DNA of 64,000 bases, taken from Ascidiella aspersa. Lineage: Eukaryota. The DNA is taken from positions 9,982,001 to 10,046,000 of the forward strand of contig OZ004610.1 of assembly GCA_963924565.1 (NCBI GenBank), given 5' to 3'. The translations under genes and the position numbers were made by a program. The notes below the pieces were generated by a model, which saw nothing but the letters and a program-made list of their open reading frames with translations, ran no database searches and was not told the DNA's origin. This document shows positions 46,970-60,300 of the stretch, one piece after another (position 1 is the stretch's first letter; the number at the start of each line of letters is the position of its first letter).

Positions 46970-49900
46970 ATGGTGGGAAATACGCTTCTGTTTATAAACT
47001 TGTTGACTTTGGCGAGTTTATGCACTCAAAGTTACTCGATCAAAAGTAAGTTTCTATTTTTTATCACTGTAAAACAAACAAAGTAAGAACTAAAGTTAGC
47101 TACGGTAAAGGTTTGGTGTACAATACTGAGAATTCTTTGTTTCCTTTAGTTATGTGTAAAACGACGTTTTTACACTTAAATGACGACACCTTGTTCGTGG
47201 TGTGTCCCAAAAACTGCCTGCGAACTGAAGGAAAAGTTTGTGGGACTGTTTATTATACCGAAGATAGTTTGGTTTGCAAATCTGCTATTCACGGCGGGCA
47301 TTTGATAGGTAAGCGGTTAAAATACTAAACTACCTAACTGCGTTGTTAGAGCAAAATGGCGACATGACGTTCTCTGCTTTAAACATTTATTTTTTAGGCA
47401 GGTATATTCTTGAACAACGTTTATTTTTACTATTTAACAGTGAAATGAAAGGTAAACTCACCTTTGAAAGATGCTTTTACCGAAAGCCGCAGTTAAATTG
47501 AAATATATGGGCTTATATCCTTGATAAATGACGTCTTCATAATTAGATAACGTTGGAGGTGCAGTTGGCATTCGAAGAGGTGGCCCCCCAAAAAAGTATA
47601 CGAATGCAACGCATCACGGTGTACAGACTTCTTCGTGTTCGTCAAACGCAAATCACTCCTTCTCATTTGCAGGTAAGTTGATTTCTGTATATTTGTTAAT
47701 TATTTCCCGTTTATGTATCGCAATCGTCAAACATGAATAAAAAAACAAGGTCAGTACAAAATGAGGTTTTATAATTATAATTTTTCATGTTGAAATTAAA
47801 TCGCACCACGTATGACTGCTTTTCATTCCTATTTTAGGAGATGTCTGATATAGGAATTTGCATTAGTTAACCTACTAGAAAAATTCTACTAATTAAATTT
47901 GCTTAATAACTTGCTTGGAATTAGCACGTGTAGGCTATAACACACTGCAACACAAAAACAATACAAAATATTTTAGACAGCACGTCTTCTGTTGCTTTCT
48001 ACGTGAGACCTAATGTTCGACCAGGTAGTACTACGACGTGTTACGGCAAAGGACCAACGATAGCAGGCAGTAAGTGCAGCAGACATGAATTGCGACACAT
48101 AATTTCAAACTCGTTGACAAAAATCCGGTAAACTTTTTTGTTTGGTAGACTCGTGACACCATGTGTTGCATAGTTATGCAGCCAAATACTAACGTTTAAA
48201 GAATTATCTTCAGGGGCCGTAAATTTTTGTCCGAGTTCTTACTGTAAAAATGGAGGCACTTGCAGCAGAGGACTAAATCACTTCAAATGTCTTTGTCTTC
48301 CTGGATTTACCGGAGGAAATTGCAACCACGGTACAAAAGAGTTTGGCTTAAAAGTTCTTTAACTGCGTAATATATATTACAATGATATTTATGCCCAAAC
48401 AATCTTTTTTAAAGCAAAAACAGAACAGCATAAGATCTTGGTTTAATTTTTAGTCATGTCAATTATATAAACAGTTATAGAACATTGTACCTCAACGCCG
48501 TGCAAACATGACGGAACTTGCATAAATAAAAGAGATGGCTACACTTGTAATTGTGCAATTGGATTTAACGGAAATAACTGCGACCAAGGTAAATGTATGT
48601 ATGTCTTACTACCCTTTCCCCAGCCTAATGGGCTTCAAGGCTAATTGTTTCTTGTGCTACTTTTTAGAAAAGGAACGTGTTATCGCACACCAAACAGCAA
48701 TTGGAGTCTCCGCGATTGTTATTTTTCTTGCCATCTTCGCAGTGTCATATTACGTAAAAAAACGTACGTGTAGTTTGCAATAGTAAATTTTGATGTGCTA
48801 TAGGTGTTTAGACTTTAGACGAACTTGATAAACAGAAAGATTTTGAAATCCATTAAAACGACTCTCTTAACAAATACAGTATCCCATCGAATAGGCTGTT
48901 CAAAGAGTTACCTGTCACAAAATACAAGTAGTTATCTTGACTTACTCTCGAAGCTATACCGTTTCTCAGTCTGTATAGCGATAGAGTTGGAGTGGTCAAT
49001 TTTATGAATTATGTACACAGGCTAGCTTAGTTAATGACGAACTTAATTTATTGCATGAAAACAAATCCGACAGTTTTCGTTTCCTAACGAGGTAACCGCT
49101 GTTAGCTTTGTACATCAATTTTTTTTACATTAGGTCAGGGGTTCTTAAACTGGGGTTTATGGACCCCTTGGGGGTCCGTGAACTAGTTTTAGGGGGTCCA
49201 TGAAGGCCTAATTGAAATATTCGTGTATATTTAAGAAGTTTCCATTTTTTCAAAGAAAACAGTTTAATTAATATTAAAACAGATTTGCACTGTATGTATT
49301 TAGACTCCATTTCACCTTCACATTTTTGGACCGAAATCAGCAGATTTATTAAGTTTATTTGTATTGTGACGTCAATTTATAACGTCATTTTTGATTTTTT
49401 TCCTTACCGTGGTCCACGCAAGGCCCAAACAAAATTTTAGGGGTCCGCGGTAAAAAAAGTTTAAGAACCCCTGCATTAGGTAGAGACGTTTAATTTTTAG
49501 CTTTTTATTTTAGTTTTTTTAAATTTTCTACTTCTACTATAGAAAAACATCACAAACAGCATACACATCATCACCATGTGCATCGTCGACTGAGTTCAAT
49601 TAGATACTCATTATCTCCGAAAAAAATTATGCTGTTCCTTACAAAGAGCTTGGGAACAGGTCATTTCGCCATTGACAGGCTAACTTCGCAAAATGATACT
49701 TGGTTCGGTAAGTAAAAGTAATGTTTTAAACAACTGCGACAGGTTAAATATTTTTCACAAATTTTTTTATCTGTTTATGGTAAAATAGTTTAAATGATTT
49801 TGCGGCTTTTATGGCGACAAAAATTTTACTTAAATAGTGGCGAGGTTAACTGTCAATTAATTCTCTTTTTATGTGTTTTTGTCTGCGTTTGCGAATATGG

Positions 49901-51904
49901 CGTTGTATACTCTAAGATTAATAAATGTATTAATCTTTAGGTAAACCTTCCTCCGAATGTCTTCAAGAAACTACCAAAATTTTAAAGATAAACGGGGATG
50001 AAAACTTTATACCAAGCATCGTTAAAAGCGATTCAGCATTTGGAAACGCGAATGGAGGGTCGATTAACACGATTGGTAATAAGTTGGGAAATTGTTCTGT
50101 CAATGTCGGCAAAGTGGTAACAAAAAAGAAGCTTCTGTTTGAAGCACAACATGGTGAGCCCATCTACCTGGCATGCAGAAATAAGCCCGGCATGTTTGAA
50201 TTATTGTAAATTCCTAACGTTAAATTGTAAAGCGTATATTCCGAAGTGTATAACAGAATACTGCAAGGCTAAACTGAATCAGTTTGAAGACTGATGCTGG
50301 TTTCTGCTATGATTTGATTCCGACTTCATTTCTTAAAGGTTTAAGTTGAACGTTGCATGTTTCAACAGCTTAGCCACAGCAAGGTATTAAACGTATCTGA
50401 GTTTATTGAACAACATCAGAACGGCAATCAACTTACAGGAATAGCTGGACTAACAGGATCAACTTACAGGAATAAGGTCCAACAGTCCAGCATAATAATT
50501 TCTGTTCGTTACATTATTTTGGTTGAGTGAGTTGAGCCATTGTCCAGTTGCGTTCAGTTCAGTTATACGTTCAGTTGGTTAATTAAGATGCGTTTCGTGA
50601 AGTCTCGTTTGGCTTTTGTACACATCGCTTAGCCATATAATTGTTTAGCAGAGACGTGTTAACTCAACGGCATGGAAATAATCATCCTCGTGTTAATTAC
50701 CCCGGCCAATGTATTATGGTGACAGGACTGCATTTGCGTCACGTCATAAAGTTGGTTGTAAAACTTATTTCGAATAATAACAACAAATAATACGACCACC
50801 CCTACAATACACTCAGGATAGAAAATTTGTTGTTTGTAGAAGGTTTTAACATTTTCATATTTTAGGGTTGGAACGAATGTTACTTATTTACATTACACTA
50901 AAAATATACTTGTTTTAAGGTCAACTATCTTCTAAAGCTCATAAAGGTATTACGAGAATTCCAGGCATCAATAAACAAAGCTTTCACCCTGGTCAAATGA
51001 TCAGTAGCTTGGGTGAATCGAGCGGTACATCAGGACAAGAAAATTTGTTTAATTGCCGACCTACGATGAAAAAACAAGCGTTAAAAACAGCAAAGAAAAT
51101 AATATGCAAAGCGGAGAATGTGCCTGGTATGGCCTCATTGACCAGTAAGTGAAAAACGTTTCATAAAACCAGTAGTTTAATAATAGCAAACCGCAAAAAA
51201 CTAAACTGAGATACATTGCTGGAATTTAAATAAAAAGCTAAATATTACATATTATACTTAAATGAGCAAAGCAAATAATTAAACGTTTAAATGGAACTTT
51301 GTTAAAAAACATTTTTGTTTCAGGTCACTTATCTTCTTCTGCATCTAATGCGATACCGGGTTTTTCATCCATCTCTGCAAACTTAAACGTGAAACCTTTG
51401 CACAACCCTATTGTTAAACAAATCAACACAAAAAACAATTTCATGAGAAATTATCGCCCCAAATCTCCAAAAAAGTTTATTTTAAAAACTGGCATCACAA
51501 AACAATTGGTAACAACCACGATGAAACGTGAGTTAGTGATTTTGCGACAATTACATAAATGTCATTACAATAAAAATTGATAATTGCTTGAGAAATACCG
51601 TATTTTGCTTGAGAAGCTTTTCATAAATGTGATTAAGTAAAGCGATTCAAAAGAAAATCATTACATATCGTAAGTTACCACAATGTGTTTACAAGAATTT
51701 TTCGCAGAACAAGGATCTTCACGACTGACGCGTGAAAGTCCAAACATTTCAACAGTCGCTGACACTCTCTCCAAAATTCGTCTGAATCCGAAAGATATAG
51801 GTGTATGTCGTGGTATTGGCGTAATGAGGAAGACACAGGAAAACCCCACTACGTTGTCAAAACAATTATCACAAAATATTAATGTGAATATTGAAAATAT
51901 GTAG
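46970..51904 (+). CDS. Type I membrane protein: signal peptide, LCCL, linker, EGF x2, transmembrane helix, long cytoplasmic tail
   Basis: Exons 46970-47045, 47150-47308, 47547-47672, 47977-48069, 48214-48330, 48475-48588, 48668-48763 (TM AIGVSAIVIFLAIFAVSYYV), 49543-49707, 49941-50153, 50920-51144, ~51324-51527, ~51708-51904. LCCL motif VVCPKNC..GKVCGTVYYTEDSLVCKSAIHGG. The tail exons are less certain. Confidence 0.78.
49136..49473. mobile_element. hAT-type MITE; older inverted copy at ~34126-34449
   Basis: CAGGGGTTCTTAAACT / AGTTTAAGAACCCCTG; perfect TSD CATTAGGT. Confidence 0.9.
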
Positions 51905-53726
51905 CTCGTTTAAAGCACGCCATAAACGTTTTTCCAAACCAAAACGTAAAAAAGCACGTGAAGTGGATGTTTGTCAAGATTATAAACCCTTTTCAAATGC
52001 GATTTGCACGAAGGAAATAGCAAATAAAGACAATTAACTCAACAAATTTACTGTAACTTCAAATTAGTGAGCTTTCAATAATGTATTTTCTCGAAATTAC
52101 CTCTGATCTGAGTGTTTTGCCAAATAAGTGCACTAACTTGTGTATACGTATACGGGATTTGATAGTTGTTAATGCCCACACAAAATGCAAAAAAATTCTG
52201 TGGTCCAATAGTTTTATGAATGAAAATACTGTAAATTAGGTTTAGAACAAAACCTATTTCAAAACAGATTATTCATTCAACTGTGCATTAGTGAGATATT
52301 TGCGACTGAACAATAAATTTACATTCCTTTTTAATTCCTCCCCAAGCCATTATTCCTGTAAAATTAAATATAGTGACACAAATGAATTAAATCCAGCTTT
52401 TTTAAATTGGTCTGTGGCCCACCTCAAATGTTCTTATGGCCCACCACCACCACCAGTGAGCCATGGCCCACTGGTTGAAAACCGCTGGTTTATGGGGTGT
52501 GTGGGTGAAGACCAAACTCTCTTGAAATAAAATGAGGAATACTGATAACTCTCATTATAACAGGTTAATGATTAAATGCCGAGTTTATTTGCGTGTAACC
52601 TGGTGCATTTAAGATAGCTTGTATATATTCGTTCAAATTGCTAGAATCTGTTAAATCTCTGTATAGTCGCTCCAATTTGCTTTGAGAATAACAGTGAACT
52701 GCGTCAGCGCAATATTTTGACGGATTGGGAGTTAGTGTGAATGCAAATATACAGCACGCGTACAGTTGTATTTTTGTCAGATAGCGGTAAATTTAAAAAA
52801 AAATTGAGAAATTTTTAAGGAAACAATCATCTACAGTTTTGGCTAATCAGTGGGTTCAAAATTTGCACAGGTTTACGTTACGTACACAATTAGCCAAAGG
52901 TAGAAACTAGGATTTCTTACCGCGTTAAAGCATTTTGAAATTAAAGCACAACGAGCACAAAATATGTCTTAGCTTTGTAGGCGAACAAAATATATTATAT
53001 ATTGAAATATATTAGATATGTTTGTTTATGTATTCCTTTACTATAACCAGTTTGTTATCTCGATAGCAATATATTCTGATAAATTGTTGCAGCCTGAGGG
53101 TCGCATTTGTCATGTAGTACATTTATCAGGTTAGTACGTATTTCCGAACACACTGTCAATGCGGTAGTTTATACAGGATACCCCGCCATTCCCTGGCGAC
53201 TGTTCCTGTTGTGTATGTAAAAGATAGACTTTTCTGATTGTGGAAATCCCAGACAATTAACCGGTCGACAGGGAAACATTACAGCTAACGCCCTATACTG
53301 TTTGTTATTAGTGCAAAACCTTTTACAATGCAGCTGAACGAAGAAGTTAACTTTTCAGTAAGCAGCCAATTTTTGCATTCTAAGATGCGATAATATTTTA
53401 GTAACTAAAATCTTTTTGTCAGTACAGCATATATTCATGTAACGCAAAACAATTATGTAGCAGGTTTCTGTCTGTCGAATATTGACAGCTTGTGTGATTA
53501 TTGTATTTCGAAGTATTCCAAGTAAAACAGAATTAGACGTTTGTCTAAAAGCTCATATATAAGTCACAGTTTTTAACATAGAAATATTAGGGTGCAACTA
53601 TAAACTATACTGTTGTGAATTGTTTTCGAAAACTGGAAAACATCATGGTAAATTATTGCATCTTTTTTTAAACACGCTGTTTAGACTATTTGTTGTTTGA
53701 AGCATAGGAAAAATAAATCAGGTCAA

Positions 53727-56700
53727 ATGTTTCGCTTTGCAACGGTTGCGATTCTGCTTGTATTAGTCTCACAATGCTATTCGACTCGAGGTAAAAAAAT
53801 GTTTAAGACAAGTTGATTTAAACAAATTGTGCATTTTTCTCTCTCACCTATTAAACCTTTTTGTTTCAGTTGACTGTAAGACAAAGTTTTCGGATTTGGT
53901 TGGCGCCGCCATGCACGTCGTGTGCCCGAAAAAATGCCTCAAAAAGCCGGGAAAGGTTTGTGGAACTGGTCATTACTCCCCAGACAGCCTTGTATGCAAG
54001 TCTGCCTTACATGCTGGGAATTTAATAGGTATATACTTAGACCTACAGTAGTTTTAGTTCACCAGGTAAGTTTGACTTATTTTTGCACAAATATCACGTT
54101 ATAAAATATGATTTGACCATACAGTTGATCCAATTGTAGGCCTACAACTGAGGGTTGCGGAGTCGGTTTGTTTTGCTGGACGCGGACTCCCGAGTCCCAA
54201 TCACGTGCGCATGTGCACTGTGCAGTACCAAATCTCGAAACTAATAAAACCGAAATCTGTAAATTGTAAAGGTGGAATAGCATATAATGAAATATTTTCC
54301 ACCCATGTTTTTTAGTTTACGTAAATAGGTAAGCAACAAACTGTATAATCGAAGCCTGATTTGGGACTCAACACAATTCTACATTCAGACTCGGGTTATT
54401 TTTAACCGACACCACATCCCTGGTACAAATAAATTGGATTAAACCCTATCTTCTTTATGTTTAGTAAGTGGGTAGCGCCAGACACTAAAGTAGTGTGATA
54501 TTTTTGCAAAATTTGGTCTGTTGAGTACGATATCTCATTGGCTTGACATGGACATAAACTAGAGTACTTGTTTTCAGTATGTAGGGTTTCGATGTTCTTT
54601 CGTTTAAAATAGGACTTTTAAGGCATTTTTAAACAGCTTGTTTACTTAACTATATTTGTACTTTTGTGTTTGCTTTAGACAAGATTGGAGGAAGCCTTGG
54701 TATCTTGAAAGGTCTGCCCCAAACAACATATGCGAAGTCGACACAACACGGCGTGCACAGCGCCAACTGTTCCTCAACTGGGCCTTCATTTTCGTTTGCT
54801 CGTAAGTTGCTGTTTTACGTGTTTTTTTGCGTCTCAACATTATTTTGATACTTTGCACACACTTTCTTTTTTTTTACTTGACGCATTTTCTGTAAAAGTA
54901 CTTGATTTGTTTAAAGATTTTCATACAATTGACTTAATTTGAACTTCAATTTGGCAAACTACGTAGGCTACATTAACATAAAGTCTTATCAATTTTCTTT
55001 TTTTTTAAATTGTCTTTGGGGTTAATTTTTCGCTTGCTATTAGCCTATTTGTTTTTTTGTGGTGGCTAAGAGATAATGGTTGGAAGAGAGTAAGTTTATT
55101 ACTTTTCTAGCCTAAAATAATAAAATTTGATTGATGCCAATAACTTGACTTGGATTTGACTTACCAGGGCTTGGACTTGAAACTTGTTTTTGTTGAGTAT
55201 AACTTTACTTTACTAAATATGTAAGTTTGCAAATAAATTTTACAACAATCCATAGACAACAATCATATCATCTGGCAGCGTTGTTAAATATGAAAATTTG
55301 CAGATAAGGTGTGTTCCGTAGCTTACTACAGACGTCCTGATGTTCCAGCCGGAACAGCAGTTGATTGCTCCAATATCAACAGTTTTCCGGGAAGTAAGTA
55401 CACTTCGAATTATTGCCTTTTTACCAAAAGCATTAATTAGTTCAATGTGATCAGAAAGCAGCTTGTTTCTTTATTTTCCAGAAGCAAATAATTGTGAAGC
55501 GGGTGACTGCAAAAACGGGGCTACATGTACCTCCGGAAAGCATCACTTTACTTGCACATGCGCACCAGGTTTTACAGGAGGCGACTGCAGCCATGGTATG
55601 CATCAAGCAAAAAGTCCACGGCATATTTCGTGCTAGCCAAAAGCTAAGGCTCAAGTACATTGGTGGACCAGTTTTGTCATTAATTTAATTCTAAAATGCG
55701 TGCCATTTTCTCTTCCCTTGTATCTTTATAACTGTTTCGGTGAACCGCCTTTAAACAAATCCTTAGAAATATTTAAAAAAAATGACTTGAGTTAAGTAGA
55801 CATCGCATGGTAGTCTGTGCTTTCATAATGGTAGTTTTACGCAATTTGTTCTCCGCGTCTAACTATATACGTACTATATTCATGTTCTATAAATATAATA
55901 TTATGTGCGCACCAAATATAGCCTCAAAAAGTAAAACTAAAACAAATTGGTTTACAAATATTGTTTGTAAAAGCTTTACTCTAACAAGAATCTCTCTAAT
56001 AGACCTTTTGGAAAGAAATGTTTAGTAAATTGATCGACAACCACCAGGATACTGATTTTACGCCGTCCTTTACAGAAACTGGTGGCGAATGACAATATTG
56101 TCTTACAATATTATAATAGTATTATGCGAATCAAAAAAAAATAATGTTTGATTGGAAGGCGCTCTGCAAGTTTAAATTGCAAAAACTATATTTCCATTTC
56201 TGTTTAAGTAATGGACTCTTGTGACCCTTCGCCCTGCATTAACGGAGGAACCTGCGTAAATGGCCACAACGACTTCACATGTTCCTGTACTGAACAATAC
56301 GCCGGAAAAACTTGTCAAAAACGTAAAAGAGAATTCAATATTACAAATATTTTCGACATACGGCAATATTAATGTATTTGCACAAAAAAAAAACTTCAAA
56401 AGTATGTTTAATTAACACAACATATTTATACTAGCAATCGCCGAATGCTACGCTGGTGTGAGCAACAGCTCCATAATAAAGAATTCACAAATGACTGCGT
56501 CAACATTTTACAATCCATCATTGGAGCCCTTCTTCGCTCGTCTGGACAACAACGGCAATAATAACAATGCCAAACCGCAAGGTTGTTGGGCTCCAAAAGG
56601 TCAGTTAATGCTGTGTGCTAGTAAAACATAAACTATAGGACCGCTCTAATTTGCAATTTACGTGCAACAGTCAAAGCTGCTGGTCAATGGCTGAACGTCG

Positions 56701-57196
56701 ATTTTCTGGTTGAAAAGGAAATATATGGAGTCATTACTCAGGGTCGACAGAAGAACTACATACAATATTTCACGGCGTTTAAAATGGCATACAGCAATGA
56801 CGGTGTCACCTACACATTGATTAAGGACGCTTCAAATAAAGACAAGGTATGTTGTTACAAACCTTTTTGTAAGAATTAAAGACCAAGTAAAACAACGTTT
56901 AAGTCACCACGTGGTAACCAGGGAGTTATTTTCACCTTTATGATGCGTTGTCGACACCTAAACCTTGGTTTCGCGCCATCTTTTCAAAAGTTGTCATGCT
57001 TGAGTTTTTTGAAATATCTTAGCTATATTGCAACAATCTTATTTGGCTTGTTATGTAGATTTTCGAGGGAAATATAGATCGTAACGGGCACAAGATCAAT
57101 TACTTTCCAAGTCCTGTGAGAGCACGATACATGAGAATCGTGACGCACACCTGGCACATCTATCCAAGTCTTCGCTTGGAGTACCTTGTGTGCTAA
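53727..57196 (+). CDS. Secreted LCCL-EGF-EGF-F5/8 type C (discoidin) protein, lactadherin-like C-terminal half
   Basis: Exons 53727-53790, 53870-54028, 54679-54801, 55304-55393, 55482-55595, 56209-56322, 56435-56599, 56671-56846, 57059-57196. LCCL VVCPKKC..VCGTGHYSPDSLVCKSALHAG; discoidin motifs QMTAS, ARLD, WAP, QWLNVDF, GVITQGR, YSNDG, FEGNID, ARYMRI, SLRLEYLVC*. Confidence 0.9.
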
Positions 57197-57395
57197 GTTT
57201 TACCCAATCTACAGACCCCTACTGGACGAAATTATCTAATTGAATTTCTCTTTCTTTTTATTATATTGCGTTTCTATATCTAAGTTTTACTTTTGTTATT
57301 ACACTTAATATTGCATTCAAAAACTTTTCTGAAAGTTGTACATTATAGGACATAGGTCCCTAATTAAGAAACACAATGTCCAGCTCAGGTATGAC

Positions 57396-60300
57396 CAGGG
57401 CCGGATTAACCAATAGGCTAATACTATAGCCTTAGGCCCTGGGAAAATTCGGTCCTAAATTTTTTAAGGTTAAATTTTTGTAACTGATAGTGATACAGAT
57501 CCAGTATCATTACAGTACAGTTTTTGCTTAAAAACTAGTAACTGAGTCGAGTCAATATGTGCCTTGTGTCTGAGTAGGTAAATAAATCGTTTTATTCATG
57601 CTACAAATGAGAACTATTTACGTTCTGTGCTATCACTTTTAAAAGGAACACACAACAAAACCTAAAAAGCAACAATACCTAAAGCAGAAAAAATTATAAA
57701 CCCATAGAATAAAGACCAATGACATAAAGCTCAAATACGCAGATTACTGCCCAATACAGAATGAGATCAAAATCGTCTGAATAAGACCTAATCTGTCAAA
57801 ATACGTCCTAAATTCATCGTAATATTGCCTTCAATGAGCAAAATAACACCTGAAACTGTGTTAGGTCTGGCATGGGTCGCTTTGGTGTCGACATTTGGAC
57901 ACCCTAGTTTGACCTGCGCCATTAGGGCGCCGCTGTTTTTGCATTGGATTTTTGGCCCTGTTTGGGGTTATTGGTGGGTAATGTGTGGGGTTAGAAAATG
58001 GATAGGGGTTAAAATTATTAGGGGAGTTAGTGATGTACTTAGGGGTGAGGTTTGAGGATAGGTAAAGTTCTGTTTAGGACTTATTCTGGCTATTTAGGTC
58101 TTATTCTGACGGGTTTTGGACTTCTATTTCGGTCTTATGGCTGGAGTCCCTTTTAAGCATAGATAGTGATTTTCTTAGAGGTTTGAGGGTAACCGCACAA
58201 CGCCAGCGTTTTGCGACAGACGCTACCGCTAGAAGCAAAACGCATTTAGTGTGAACCAACCGATACGTATGCTAGATGTAAGGCAAGGAAAATGTAATTT
58301 TCCATATAAGCTTCATTTTAATAGGGGAGATGTGGAACCAGTGACTCGAGAGCTGTTTTCCTCTTTCCATTTAAAATAGTTTTTGAGGATTTGAGACAGT
58401 TAAATGATTTTTGAGGCAAAAAAGTAAAATTATGTCCTCTAATAGAATTTGTATTTTGTTCTAGAATCTAGAACAAGCTTTTTCAATCGTGGCCCTCGGT
58501 CCCCTTGGGGGGCTGTTACGCCCCCGCCACGACCTGCGCACTGGGGTCTGACCCCAGACCCCATACAGTTGCCCGGCGGGACGCAACCGCGTGAGTTCTT
58601 GTTGTTTGCAAAGGCTTCTGGTCAGATAAGCTACCTGTCATAACCACAACTAAAATTCCAATCAAAAGTATATTGTTACAACGAATTAAAACGTTATCAA
58701 ATAGCATTAGTGAACGTTATTTTCAAGTTAATGTGAGACAGACAGCCACCGCCTATTGCAGCGACTGTCGGCTAAAACTTCGCAAAAAACTTCTCTAGAG
58801 AAAAGCCGAAAGCCGCTAAGAAACGACATGCGTAGGAAGAAAAAGAACACGAAAGTTGCGTCATATTTGGCCAATAAGACTGGCCGGCACTCTAAAAACA
58901 TGGCTAGGCATTACAGCGGCCATTCTAAGGCCAATTTGCAGCGGGAGTCAGACGCCAGCGAAACAAGTGGCTTGTTTTGCAGATAGTGAGAAAACCGCCC
59001 GCAAGACTGACAGTTATAGATTACGAGGTTAAAGGTTACATGTCAAGTTTGAAACGAGGCGAACTGAAGCAGGAAAACTCAGAAATTTTACACACAACAA
59101 TACGGAAAACTTTGCATCATCAAATATGATATTATGTAACTGAAGAACATATTTGGCAAACGAAAGCTGAAACGCGTAATCCAAAGCCCTATTTATCACA
59201 TCGTAAAATCACTTAATGAACTCTAAGATTTGGCTTATGGCAATTAATTAATTTGGGTGTTTAACGTGTTGATAAACACGTAACAGGGGCCACGGGCATA
59301 ACTCTCTATAGCTAGGTTGTAGTTTGCAAAACCCAACTACACAAGTGTCTTTATTTATAAAATTTGTCGTTAGCTTAAATTTGTGATTTTAGTCATGACC
59401 TTTCTTGTAACGTATTGTTACTCATTTTTCTAACACGTTCTTTGATTTAGGCCTACTTGCATGTAGGGATGTTCAAAGTAGAATGTTGTATCCTTTTATT
59501 ACGTTTTTTCGCGAAGTTTTACGCCTAATCGTACGTTTGCGAGTGGCAAGATTGGGGATAGAGGTCTGTCCATTACTGTGTTGCTTTATATGTAGCCATG
59601 TGTCAGCGTTTTTTCGGGCAGCCAATTACTTGACGATAACCTTCGCCTAATCTTTAAGTTTCCGTCAAATGGTGTTGGGCAAGCAACTAACTTGTAATGC
59701 CTGGTGCAGAGATTTCCCAATTTCCTTAAAGAGTTTGCAAAAGAACATTCCATCGTGAAACGCGCAAGGTATGCTACGGGGTTACTCAATGTCAACTTTT
59801 AAGCCAATATTCAGCTAGGTCATGGATCGGCAGCCTCAGGGCTGGGGAGCCGGAGCTGGAGCCCGGAGATAAGCATTTTCTCTGGAGCCAGAGCCGGAGC
59901 CGGAGCCATTGTTATTATTCTTGTGGAGCTGGAGCCGGAGCTGGAGCCATTTTTATTATTTTTGTGGAGCTGGAGCCGGAGCCGTTTATATTATTTTTGT
60001 GAAGCCGGAGCCGGAGCCCTTTTTTATTATTTTTTGTGGAGCTGGAGCCATTTTTCAATTTGTGGTGAGAAAGCTAAGAAAATATATTTTTATCCATCTC
60101 CAACGTTAGTTAGCCAAAAGCAATTTTTAAAACTTGCCATTGAATAAGTGAGTGTTGGCACCGGAGCTGGAGCCGGAGTCATTGGGTGTGTGTTTGATGG
60201 CTCCGGAGCTGGAGCCGGAGCCAAAGGATATGAGTTTTACTACTCCGGAGCTGGAGCCGGAGCCAAAGGATTGAGTTTTACGACTCCGGAGCTGGAGCCG

